NCBI GenBank assembly: GCA_045837725.1
Contig: JBEWZL010000102.1
Span: 372,001-418,177, forward strand
Origin: Vermamoeba vermiformis
Taxonomy: Eukaryota
Reading direction: 5' to 3'
Length of the DNA stretch: 46,177 nt
Of this stretch, positions 1 to 11,210 are shown one piece after another. Within the stretch, counting starts at the first letter, position 1. The number at the start of each line of letters is the position of its first letter. Position numbers and translations under genes: made by a program. The notes under the pieces are model-generated. The model was not told where the DNA came from. It saw only the letters and a list, made by a program, of their open reading frames with translations, and ran no database searches.

Positions 1-133
1 CCAACTGACCGTTTCCAGGACCAACTTGGTAATCAGTGCCTGAGCCAGCAACGCAGTCGGTGATGCCTGGTAATGCAAGAGTATTAAGTGCGAGACATGC
101 ACAAACCAAAATAACGATTTGTTTGTGGTTCAT
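1..133 (-). CDS. 5' part of a secreted protein, runs off the window edge
   Basis: ATG at 133 gives MNHKQIVILVCACLALNTLALPGITDCVAGSGTDYQVGPGNGQL..., a signal-peptide-like N-terminus with the frame open to position 1. Confidence 0.6.
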   Translation of the reverse strand, partial: MNHKQIVILVCACLALNTLALPGITDCVAGSGTDYQVGPGNGQL

Positions 134-368
134 TGTCGTGAGCAATAAAAATGAAGTCAAATTTACTTAAGCGATTTGCTTCATCGAACTTTTAACGGTG
201 AAAATGCACGTGGTCTTGTGAATCTATCTTAGTTCATTCCAATCCCGAAAAACAAATCCTTACCCGAACGGATCCGTCGGAAATTTGATTGTGGGTGCTC
301 TATCTCTGGCTTAGACTCCGTATAGTAAGAACCGAAGGCAGCATTTCATGGCTATAGCCATCTCTTTA

Positions 369-1323
369 TTACAATGCAGACAGATCCAAGGCTTCAATGT
401 CACGCTGCGCTTGTCTCCTTCGTTGCTTTTTGTCCACGACGCCCATACATGTTTCGCAGCTGCATCGGTAGCTCCACGAAGTGGGATATTGTTCCAAGTG
501 GTAATTTGTCTTAGGATTGTGTCGTTGAACGAGAACGATCTTTGAGCTTTCCTTTGGTTCGTCATCTGAATCTGAATCTGCTCCAGACGAATCTCGTGAT
601 TGAGATTTAGCATTTTGTTCGGTTGTAATGTTGTTATTATTGTTATTTTCGGCATTAGCGTAGCCTTTAACGCCTTTCTTGCCCTGCTTTCGTTTTTGTT
701 TGACGAAGTGTCCTTTTCTATTAGTACCGCTAACATACTCAGGTTCGTTATTATTGCTGTCGTCGTCTGTTTCTGTGACTTTGTTTGTGCCGTAGATTCG
801 GTGATAAATCTCCACTCGTTGGGCTGTTTTATTCAATCGAGGGTCGAATTCCACATCCACAACGCGACCATAATCAACTTGGATATCTTGATTATAGTAT
901 TAGTATTTGTGGTTGGTAAGTTGATATATTTTAGCAATCATAAAGCATAATTCGAAGGTTGGCAGTTTTTGCATTTTGGTAAAATTTGAATTTCTTAAGT
1001 TCAATATCGACGATAAAAGTTGTTGTTAAATATTTGTGGATGTATATCGACTTACCATCTTGTGAAGACCTTAAATGATTTTTATCTAATAAATCCCAAT
1101 TTTTGTTGGCATTCAAACTGATCCCCACGCCAAGTTCCAAGCCATTGTATCTACTCGCCTCTTGGTCGTTCGTATCAATTATTGATATTGATTCTTTTTC
1201 TAGACGCTTTCTTGTAACGCCCCAATCGAACTTGAGTGTCTTATTTGTTTTGACACCAAATCTGCCTTTTGTTTCTCGTGAATTGTTTTGTTTGCGATGT
1301 AAATCTATTTCCTCGTGCTCCAT
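369..1323 (-). CDS. Orphan family protein copy 1 (about 261 aa; exons 1323-1056 and 886-369)
   Basis: A phase-1 GTAAGT..AAG intron joins ...SSQD to DIQVDYGRVVDVEF. Shares GRFGVKTNKT, GTNRKGHFVKQKRKQGKKGVKGY and a C-terminal Cys cluster with three other copies in the window. Confidence 0.85.
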
Positions 1324-1562
1324 GGTTGCTTAGTGCGTAATCAGACGGGTACTGAAAGTCACTCCACAAAACTTAAATGGATTTTCTGGACTGGTGACGA
1401 ACGTCAACGCCCATTGATGAAAAACCGCTGCAATACCTATATATAGCACATAATCAGCTATACATACGCAGCGTTATGCCATATGGACTTCGGTTTAGTT
1501 ATTACGAAAAAAATGAGTTAGATCATCGACCTGCAAACAAGACTTTCTACGTGTATTACTAA

Positions 1563-1982
1563 CTACACGTACTTCTTGTCAATATTACGGACGTCTCTCT
1601 TTAATAGCCACCAGCCAATGTGGACACAAGGAAATTTTGTAACGAAAGTCGGATCCTTTTCGAGTTTAAAATTGTTAAGGTTCTGAGCCAATTGGGATTT
1701 CGAGATGCATAAATCGCCTCTGAATAAGTCTTGATATTGTTCTGGAAGATTTTTATATCTGTCGCTGTTCATATTGATGGTATCACTCTCATACATCGCG
1801 GACGTTCCAAAATAAAATGAAACAGGGCCTCCGTACACAAAGAGGCGCTTATTGTGGACACCGTTTGTGTTGTACATTCGAACTCGCCACACATCTTCAA
1901 TGAATAATTCTGAAGCGTTTTCATCCACGCAGTAATCCGATCCTTTTTTTTCTCTATTTCTTTTGTATAGTTTGCTAGCCAT
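1563..1982 (-). CDS. Hypothetical intronless protein (139 aa)
   Basis: ATG-initiated ORF with globular-looking composition; no family recognised. Confidence 0.5.
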   Translation of the reverse strand: MASKLYKRNREKKGSDYCVDENASELFIEDVWRVRMYNTNGVHNKRLFVYGGPVSFYFGTSAMYESDTINMNSDRYKNLPEQYQDLFRGDLCISKSQLAQNLNNFKLEKDPTFVTKFPCVHIGWWLLKRDVRNIDKKYV

Positions 1983-2054
1983 AGCGACCTATTTATCGTT
2001 TCTAGATGCATGACATTGCGTTATAACCGAATTTCGTTTTTGAACACCCTTAAA

Positions 2055-2716
2055 ATGAGTTTGACCAATCGTTGACCAAACCAAAAAGAAAAATGAATTT
2101 CCAATTTGTTCGCTCATTCTCATTGCACTTCCAAAGCCACGACCATGAAAGAAGCAAGTATGTAATATAAGCATTGCCTCATCATGATCATTCGTGGCAA
2201 GAAGGAGTCCTCAGTATGAGTACTCGAGATCTTCGTACCCGCAGCCTTTGGCAAGTACTGATTCTCTTTTCAATTTAGATATTGCTTCTTTCATACTGCG
2301 GATACTAATTGATATTTATTCTTGTCGCAGATTCACCAGACGGACTCAGACAAAGCTCTCTGACTTCCAGTACGCGAGTCAAACTCGCAAGTAAGTTTTT
2401 TATTAATTGAGCAGCGATCGTCTAAATACCATAAAATAATCATAGATAATGTATTGAGCTGCTATATAATATTCTAAAATTATGGAAGTCTTAATTTTTA
2501 TTTTCTTAACTCTGACTCGGACTTTTTTTGTGGTCGTTTGAGTTCCTATATTTATAACCGACCTTAACAATAGTAGTCATATTATTTTTATACGCTAAAA
2601 TTGGAGTTTATTCGGTGGAATTCCCTTGTTCAATTCTTAAAACAGCTCGCGCGCGCAAACTCGCCCTTCACCTTTGTCGAACCAGACAAAATTGAGTCCT
2701 ATCTCTCCGCTAACCA
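2055..2716. repeat. Segmental duplication block A, copy 1 (degenerate gene-like sequence)
   Basis: Closely similar to about 6432-7089; shared strings include gaccatgaaagaagcaagta, cggactcagacaaagctctctgacttccagtacgcgagtcaaactcgcaagtaag and aaaattgagtcctatctctccgctaacca. Confidence 0.9.
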
Positions 2717-3345
2717 TGCTGCTACAGTGTACGATGTCATAAAACGAACGAAGTATGCTTGTTTTGCAAATTATTATACCGCACAGTGAGCTGCCCGCGA
2801 AGCGGCTTCTTAAATGTCTTGGTTGGGCACGTCAGCTACATTAGTGTTGTTTTGTGAATGCTCAGCTCATGAACCATCAAGCAGATCAGGGACTCCTCTG
2901 CAGATCGGCAGAGTTTCTACAAAGTAGTTAACTCGCTTGCATGAGCATCGGCAGTGAGCTAACATTATTATTGCTATATTAACGTTTTTATTGCTCTTGT
3001 AGCCCTAAAACAACTCTTCACTTAGCTTTTTCTACGTTTTTTGCATCACTGTCGAAGGAAGCGTTGATAGCGTTATTTGTTTTGGATGACAAATTAATTC
3101 TGCAGACAGCAAGGCATTTGAAAGTCGACCAGATCACCGGTAAGTGCTGTTATGCTCTTGTTGTAACTTAGATTGGTATTCGTTTTGGACGATAAATTCA
3201 TGATCATAAACGTTAACGATTCATTCCCAGATTGCATGAGGCAACCGGTCAAGCATGTATCCGGTCTGACCAACAGACACGTTGTCTATCATAAACGAAA
3301 CGGAGGCGTTTAAATTTATTAAAGGTGTCAGAAGAAAATATAAAA

Positions 3346-4980
3346 TTGAATTTAAATTACGATTTGACGCAATTTTCTTTTCTTAAAATAGCCTGTGTGA
3401 TTCAATAATTCCATCACGAATAATCTCCGGCGCAGATACAAGTAGTAATTTCGGTAATATATTATTTTAATCGGTTTTTATTTCACATTGTACAGTCTGT
3501 TGGAGGTTATTAAAGTAATAACGATGAAATAACAGTCATAATAGTCGCTGGTATAATCATTACGCCAGAGCTAGCCTTTTTAGCGATGGGCGTGGAGATG
3601 GGAGCAGCGACAGGAACGGAAACAGGTGCTGCAATTGGTACAGGGCAAGTAGTACCGCTGCAAGTTCCAGCGCTTGAGCACATGTCGTTGCAGTTATTGG
3701 CATTGCCGTCATCGCAGGTAGCATTGGTCTGGACGACGCATGAGCCAGACATGCACATACCACATCCGACGTCAATGGAGTTGGTCGAGCAAGCCATGCT
3801 ATCGTTATAAATGCAACTGCCGGTTTCGTTGAATACACCAAAGCAGGGTGCGATGCCACATTGGAAGCCAGGAGCGAAGCAGGTGCCGTCATCACCACAT
3901 GTTCCATTCACGTACATGGCGGCTCCATTCTGTGAGTAGCGGAAGTTGCAACGATCTCCAGCGTTCAGGTTCGCGCAGATGCTGCCTTCACAGTCGTCAG
4001 TTCCAAAGTTGCAAGCGCAATTTAAGAGACAAGCATCATGGAAAAAGGTAGGGTCAGGGTCACCTCCGTTGGCACCCCAATTGCTGAAGTTATCAGTCGA
4101 CGAGCATTCAATAGTTTCCCAATCGCTTTCGTTGGTTCTTTCTGGATGGAAGTGCCCTCCAACAGCATTGCCGGTATGACGACTAGCGATTGCGTCAAAA
4201 CCGCCGTACTCTTCGCAGATTTGATTGCATGTAAGACCAGTAGCGTTGCCAGTGTAGAAGAAACCGCCGTTGTAAGCGAAGCAGATCGAAGTCGAAGAAA
4301 CTGCCCAGAAAAGGCAGGAAGAAGCAAATACGGTGAACACGAGCAGTTGCTTCATTGTTGAGCTAGAAATGAAAATTGAATTAAAATCGTTCGAACGAGT
4401 CGCTTCATATACTTTACCGACTCACAACGAGATTGCATTCTGGAATATCAAGAATTTAAGTATACTATAATTAGTTACGCACCTTAAAAGGTGATTTCGA
4501 ATTTTTACCCGAAAGATAGAACCGTGGATTGCTTATTTATAACCTTCTTTACTCGTGTAGTATTAATACCGAACTAAACTTGACGCTAAAATGATCATAT
4601 TCAAGACGAAACTTTTCGCGTCCTCTTACGTATGCGTTGTACGGACCACTTTTTAAGATTATGCTGTATCTTCTGGATTGAGCGTTAGTTCACATGGATG
4701 AATTTCTGTTTTTTGTATTAAATGGACAATACTTTTAATCAGTCAGCAGATCGTGGCAACGTGGCCACTCTACCAAACTTACGTAGTGCGCGTCTCCAGA
4801 GGATCTTCCGACGATTGATCACCTTCAATGTTATGGCAAGCATTTAATTGCATTGACATATCTAGCTTTTGCAGTAGTTAGTTTCGAAACTTTACTGTGT
4901 TCGCAATAAATAAATTTGCTGAATCGAAAAAATGCGAACATGACTTACTTTGATCATATTAATATAATAGTACTCGCACT
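3346..4980. repeat. Segmental duplication block B, copy 1 (Cys-rich gene plus flanks)
   Basis: Homologous to about 9241-10610, covering the 3' flank (gattcaataattcc...taatctccgg), the CDS and patches of 5' flank (cgcaataaataaa, tcgaaaaaatgc, gacttactttgat). Confidence 0.85.
3510..4355 (-). CDS. Cys-rich secreted, probably GPI-anchored surface protein, paralogue 1
   Basis: Signal peptide MKQLLVFTVFASSCLFWAVSS; Cys-rich repeats (CDDGNANNCNDMCSSAGTC); Pro/Ala/Val stalk; SSG followed by a hydrophobic C-terminus. Confidence 0.9.
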   Translation of the reverse strand: MKQLLVFTVFASSCLFWAVSSTSICFAYNGGFFYTGNATGLTCNQICEEYGGFDAIASRHTGNAVGGHFHPERTNESDWETIECSSTDNFSNWGANGGDPDPTFFHDACLLNCACNFGTDDCEGSICANLNAGDRCNFRYSQNGAAMYVNGTCGDDGTCFAPGFQCGIAPCFGVFNETGSCIYNDSMACSTNSIDVGCGMCMSGSCVVQTNATCDDGNANNCNDMCSSAGTCSGTTCPVPIAAPVSVPVAAPISTPIAKKASSGVMIIPATIMTVISSLLL

Positions 4981-5363
4981 ATCGTGGATATTTCTTCCGC
5001 TCTATTCGATATTATGTTTCAACCGCCAACTTGTAAATTGCTTAAAACGAACCTAAAAACGAAACTCTGGATTATTTTCTAAAAGTAGTAAATTTCTCTT
5101 CGTTCATCTCCGGCTTAGTGATATTGAATTATTCTATTGAATCACATGTTCCGTTGGAATCACAGACGCGAACTTTATCTTCAATGAACAACGCAACTGT
5201 TTCGTCTTTTTGCCTCATCCGTGTTGGCCTTTGGTCATTGTGCTCCACAACAGGTGTATTCATAGAGCGTGTCTAGTTCTTCTCGCGATCTTACGGGTAT
5301 GTTCTTCGTTGAAGGATAGCAGTTAAATTAAAATTCAGTTGCAGTGCATTTTCTGAAATTCGA

Positions 5364-6228
5364 TCATGTGCGAAGAGCGGATCTCGTTTGATCATATCCG
5401 ACAAGTACCATCGCGCCCATCAACGCTGAAATGAATCCAAAGGGTCCTCGATAAAGTCCTCTCAATCCTTCTTGTCTGAAGATGTCTCTCGCGACTCGCC
5501 AGCCACGAGGTCGGATCGACTGGTCTATCATACATGTTCGTCGTCTTATCACTTGAAGTGGATGTGCTACTACGAGTGCTGTATATGAAGTGGCTGTAGC
5601 AAGCATAAGTGACTTGATTGGACTTCGTTCGGGATCCTCGATCAAGATCGGCTTCAACGTCTCGTATAATCCAAAGTAGAGACCCTTATGTACCAACGTC
5701 GGTATTGCTGCCTCTTGGAATCCATCATAATAATGCATAAACCGTGCCCATCCAGGAGCTGTCGATCCACTTGGAAGTTTAAACGGAACGTGTAGTCTTG
5801 ACAATGGGTGTAACACAGAAAGTGCGAAAAATCCAGCTAATGAACCAGCGCAGAAGTTTCCTATAGCTTTTTGACCCAGTTGATCGCTATTGAACATTGG
5901 TTTTGAGATGCGTGTCCAATAATGAAAGACACCAAATTGTATTCCCATTGCAAGGCCATACCGAGCTGAATTTTGCAAATTTTTGGTCCAAAATTTTAAT
6001 CCTACGCGTTTTGCACCTTCTATGATTGATTTGGGCGCAGGATCTGAATAAAATTAATTAGATCAAAAATTTTGACCGTAAAATATTAATATTAAAATAT
6101 GGCATACCTAAATACAGGATCAACCTATGGTTTTCAACGGGTGCCATGATAGTTTTAATTGCGGCCGCAGTCGTGCCAGCAATAATAGCATCCAACACAA
6201 AATATTTCGCTGCTGTACTTTGGCTCAT
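5364..6228 (-). CDS. Mitochondrial carrier (SLC25) protein, divergent ADP/ATP-translocase-like (about 266 aa; exons 6228-6108 and 6043-5364)
   Basis: AGTTAAAIKTIMAPVE, GNFCAGSLAGFFALSVLHPL, KGLYFGLYETLK, HPLQVIRRR, IFRQEGLRGLYRG and GAMVLVGYDQ follow the ANT pattern; phase-1 GTATGC..CAG intron. Confidence 0.85.
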
Positions 6229-6431
6229 GCTTTGTATAAGCTTAATTAGCTAAAATCGATACGAATGTGGTTTTAACCTTCAGCTTTTGCCCGCGCCACG
6301 TGTGTTGAGCTCCAGATGAACTCAAAACTAAAATTCTAGTTTCAATCTAGAATTCTACTTACGTGTAAATTGTAAGCTTCATATACAGAATTGTACATTA
6401 TTACCGACAGACGTTGCAAGCTCTTTTTCTT

Positions 6432-7089
6432 TAGTTTGACCAATCGTTGACCAAACGAAAATGAAAAATGAACTTCCGATTTGTTCGTTCATTCTCATTG
6501 CACTTCCAACGCCACGACCATGAAAGAAGCAAGTATCTAATATAAGCATTGCCTTATCATGACCTTTCGTGGCAAGAAGGAGTCCTCCGTACGTCCACAG
6601 ATCAACAGATCAAGCTCTCCGTACCCGCAGCCTTTGGCAAGTACTGATTCTCTCTTTTTCAATTTAGATATTGCTTCTTTCATACTATAGATACTAATTG
6701 ATGCTTATTCTTCTTGCAGACTCACCAGACGGACTCAGACAAAGCTCTCTGACTTCCAGTACGCGAGTCAAACTCGCAAGTAAGTTTTTTAAAAATTGAA
6801 CAACGATCGTCTAAATACTATATATTAGTCATAGATAATATATTGAGCTGCTATATAATATTCTAAAATTATGGAAGTCTTAATTTTTATTTTTTTGAAT
6901 CTAACTCGGACTTTTTTGTGGTCGTTTGAGTTCGTATGATTACGTCGCCTTTACAATAGTAGTCGTAGTATTATTATGCGCTAAAATAGGAGTTTATTCC
7001 GTTTCAGTTTGAAAACAGCTCGCGCTTGCGAACTCGCTCCTCACCTTTGTCGAACCAGATAAAATTGAGTCCTATCTCTCCGCTAACCA
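6432..7089. repeat. Segmental duplication block A, copy 2
   Basis: Near-identical to about 2055-2716, with small indels. Confidence 0.9.
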
Positions 7090-9205
7090 AGTTGTCAACG
7101 ACGCGCAGTTTGTTGAGCGAAGCCTCTCTTATATCCCCCTAATCTCATTAGCAGCTACCGAAAGATGCAGGACTTTACTTCAAAAGAAAAATCCCCGTTG
7201 CTATTTTTGAGTGGCAGAGTTCCAAAAACATCGAAGACGCCGTTCGAGATAGTCGTGTTTTTTGGCCAATTGGAATAGCACATGCTCACCGTCAAATTCA
7301 CGAACAAGGAGTTAGTTAACACGTAGTTGTCGATCTGTGCTCAGACTGAGGCTAACTAATTTAGTGGCTTCACATATGATCGAGCACCGTTCCCTCAACA
7401 AGGCACGCCACAGCTAGCTTCATAGAGAAGGTAATTTAAAAATTAACTCGTTCGACAGTTGTACGCGCAGAAGGAAGCCGTGTCCTTCAAGAAGTAGCTC
7501 ATTAAGCCGCGCACGAAGCAATGCGCAGGGTCTTGGATGGTCAGTAACCTTCTCACGTCAAACCATGTTGATATTAATTGTTCTTTCGTAGAGGATTGGA
7601 CCCTTCTTCCGCGACCGAGGTGCAGCGCGCACGCACAGATACGGTTAATTATTACTATTTGGCGGTGGCAGTGCTGCTAGCTATCTTCATTGGCGTCAGC
7701 TATGTAAATGTATTTGATCCAACGGTAACCCAGTTCCTGCGATTCGACTTAACAATTGGGTAAGATGCACTAGTTTTGTGTAACGATGTGCTATTCTCCA
7801 GGTACTCACACTCATCAAATAACGAAGATCAAAGAGAATTGTGTAGATAATGCAGCCGGTAAGATGACTAGAGTTTAATATCAGCATTGCACTAACGATC
7901 ATTAATGAAGGGCTCGTATTAAAATTAAAGAAGAGAAATCAGAGCCAGCACTTCGTAGAGACAACGAATTTCGGTGTTAATTATGCGACAAAGAAAACGT
8001 ATATCTACGTCGAATGGAATGCACTTGTTCCGGAAGTGTCCGTTCACATGCCTTGCGTTGCCGAACATCACTCCAGGCCTCTTCGTGCCAGAATATGACA
8101 TCTTCGAAGTAACTCCAAGCATGAATCCTCGTCAGCTCCTTGCCACAGACGATTATGGTAAGCTGACTAAAGGTAGTGTAGACGCAATTCGTCTGATTCG
8201 ATTTTTTGTAGTCTTCTGACGATGAAGGTACCCCTTCCTGGTCTCAAATAATTCTAGCGCAATTTGAGCTTGCTGGAATAGATGCCCGAAAGGTAATTGA
8301 CTTAAAACAATTGTTCGCCGAAGTCGAGCGAACCGCTTCGTAAGCCATTCTTCGACCTAATTACGAAATTGAGTAAAAGTTGTTACCTTTGTTGTTCTTG
8401 ACGAGGTCTCTGTCCTCTTGGATAACGCTCGGTTCCTTCAGGCTAACCACTGCTCGTCTGCCCCGTTTACCTGGACACTCGTCGGCAAAGTGACTCCAGA
8501 GGTGCATCATAAAACAAGGGACGACTTGTGCGTCTTCAACGTACCTACAACTGCTACCGGCTTTGAAGACAGGCTGAAACTTCCATCAATACGCCGTACG
8601 GACTTCGTGCCTTTTTTAAAGGTTTTTTTGGAAAGATTGTATTTGATATTAAACACTTTTTCAATTCATTGTATTTCTTATTGTCTTTTGTTTGCCGAAA
8701 TCGAAACGTACATCTTGGGTTCGCGCTCTTTTTCCATTGTTTGACCAACACCTCAAGCACTCGTACCAACTCTACTTTCCAGCTTTTGGATTCTTCGGCG
8801 TCGATCTGCCCATTTTTGACATCATTTGGTGCAACGAAACGCGACTGATCATCGCTGGCCTTTTCATCGTCTTGTTACGTTCGCCTCGTTTCATCTTCCT
8901 AACAACTCACGAGTTTGCCTTGATCTATCCTCATCTATAAGGTCAATGCAAAGCGTTTCGCCGAAACATTGGGGCAACGCATAAATAATACTGCAGATCC
9001 CCTTCACAAAAATTCCGCTATCGGAAAATAAGCCTCGAAAGTTGCAAGGTATTACACTGTTGTTTATTATTGTTTCCAGTTTCGGGGTAACACAAAGGAC
9101 CCTCTGGAAAAGAAACCAACAGATTACAGAGGTGACAGACTTGGCGGATCTGCAAACCTTTGAAGTGCTTCAGGTTCTTAGCGTCATCAGTTATCAACAG
9201 CGAGT
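6468..9205 (+). pseudogene. Probable decayed multi-exon gene (fragments only)
   Basis: Protein-like exon fragments flanked by splice signals (e.g. LPKDAGLYFKRKIPVAIFEWQSSKNIEDAVRD, NITPGLFVPEYDIFEV, DNARFLQANHC), but I could not join them into a continuous frame and there are in-frame stops. Confidence 0.35.
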
Positions 9206-9240
9206 GAGTTTTTGATAATGTTGTGCTTTGGCGGAACTCT

Positions 9241-10610
9241 TTGAATTTAAACTACGACTAACCTAAAAAGAGCCTGTGCGATTCAATAATTCCACACGAA
9301 TAATCTCCGGCTGAGATACAAGTAATTTGGTTAATTTATTAATACCGTTTTTATTTTCACATTGTACCGGTTGGAGGTTGTTACAGTAATAACGATGAAA
9401 TAACAGTCATAATAGTCGCTGGAATAACCATTGCACCAGAGCCAGACCTTTTAGCGACGGGCGCGGAAACGGGAGCAGCAACAGGAACGGAAACAGGAGC
9501 AGCAACAGGGACGGAGACAGGAGCAGCAATCGGCACAGGGCAAGTAGTACCGCTGCACATTCCGTCACTTGAGCACATGTCGTCGCAGTTGTTGGCATTG
9601 CCGTCATCGCAGGTAGCATTGGTCTGGACAACGCACGAGCCAGACATGCACATACCACATCCGACGTCAATGGATTCGGTCGAGCAAGCCATGCTATCGT
9701 TGTAAATGCAACTGCCTGTTTCGTTGAATACACCAAAGCAGGGCGCGACGCCACATTGGAAGCCAGGAGCGTAGCAGGTGCCGTCATCACCGCATGTTCC
9801 ATTCGTGTACATGGCTGCTCCGTTCTCTAAGTAGCGGAAGTTGCAACGGTCACCAGCGGTCAGATTCTCGCAGATGTTGCCTTCACAGTCGTCAGTTCCA
9901 AAGTTGCAAGCACAATTTAAGAGGCAAGAGATGTGAGAAAAGTTAGGGTCAGGTTCATCTCCGTTGGCACCCCAATTGCTGTCGTTATCAGTCGATGAGC
10001 ATTCAATAGTTTCCCAATCGCCTGGATTTGCTTTTTCTGGATGGAAGTGCACTCCAACAGCATTGCCGGTATGACGACTAGCGATTGCGTCAAAACCGCC
10101 GTACGGTTCGCAGATCTGATTGCATGTTTGAGCAGTGACGTTGGTAGTGTAGAAGAAACCGCCGTTGTAAGCGAAGCAGATTGAAGTCGAAGAAACTGCC
10201 CAGAAGAGGCAGGAAGCAAAGAATACGGTGAACACGAGCAGTTGCTTCATTGTTGAGCTTGAAATGAAAATGAAATCAAAATAGTTAGAACAAAACTCTT
10301 TGCCGAGCTCACAACGAGATTGCATTCTATAATTGGTTAGTCGCCTTAAAAGGAGATTTACAATCTCACCGAAAATAGAGCCGTGTAGTGCTTCTTTATC
10401 ATCTTATTTACCGTGTAGTATTGACGCTAATATAATTATATTATCTTGAAGACGAAACTATGTGTGCGTTGTACGGATCTTGGAGATCCCCTAATCCCTA
10501 ACAAAAAGTAACAAGTAAAAATAAGGTAGAAAGTTAACTGAGTGACGCAATAAATAAAATTTACGTGCATCGAAAAAATGCACGACTTACTTTGATTATA
10601 GTACTGGCAC
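9241..10610. repeat. Segmental duplication block B, copy 2
   Basis: Homologous to about 3346-4980. Confidence 0.85.
9381..10250 (-). CDS. Cys-rich secreted, probably GPI-anchored surface protein, paralogue 2
   Basis: Close paralogue of 3510-4355 (MKQLLVFTVFF start at 10250) with one extra PVAAPVSV-type stalk repeat. Confidence 0.9.
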   Translation of the reverse strand: MKQLLVFTVFFASCLFWAVSSTSICFAYNGGFFYTTNVTAQTCNQICEPYGGFDAIASRHTGNAVGVHFHPEKANPGDWETIECSSTDNDSNWGANGDEPDPNFSHISCLLNCACNFGTDDCEGNICENLTAGDRCNFRYLENGAAMYTNGTCGDDGTCYAPGFQCGVAPCFGVFNETGSCIYNDSMACSTESIDVGCGMCMSGSCVVQTNATCDDGNANNCDDMCSSDGMCSGTTCPVPIAAPVSVPVAAPVSVPVAAPVSAPVAKRSGSGAMVIPATIMTVISSLLL

Positions 10611-10644
10611 CTTCAAACTACATTTCTTTTCTTTGATATTGGTT

Positions 10645-11140
10645 TCAACTTAAAACTAACTCATTCCGCAGTACGTAAAGCCTTAAAATAGCATCGTCAG
10701 TAAAGCTTTGAAATAAGATTTGAGCAAACTTTGCATTAAATTCTACTTCCTCCAAAAATAGAAAATCTGTATCAACTTTTAAAACCTGCGGTATCTGCAT
10801 TCGTATATCACGTATGGTGGAATACTTGTCGATTTCCTGCCTAACTACGCAAATAAATAACAATACCGTATCGTGCAAAAAAATGATCAGGTAGGGATTG
10901 AGATGCCGAAACACGCTGGCAGGATCTCCATTCGATAATTCAGGCTGAGATAATGATATATTCTCAATGATGCTCAAACGAACCTTTTTAAGTATTAAAT
11001 GTGCAAGAGAAAGACGAATCTGAATAAATTATAAAAAACCGTATTAGTTTAGATCTGCTTATGCAGAGCATCGGATCCACTTACGTAAGAATTTCAGTGC
11101 TGCTTGACTGCTAAGAAAAGTATTCCAAGATCTAAGGACA
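10645..11140 (-). CDS. Possible small gene or gene remnant
   Basis: 110-aa ORF (10645-10977) with a GTAAGT..TTCAG intron just upstream; start not resolved. Confidence 0.25.
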
Positions 11141-11179
11141 TGTGGTGTCATTCGCGAGATATGAAATGTTTGGTGTTAA

Positions 11180-11210
11180 TTTTTTTTTTTGGTTTTGTGT
11201 TTTTGTTTTG

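Noticed and set aside
3560-4361. Overlapping alternative-frame and antisense ORFs across the Cys-rich genes (also 9407-10219)
   Set aside because: Shadows of a GC-richer, biased coding sequence; no independent protein features.
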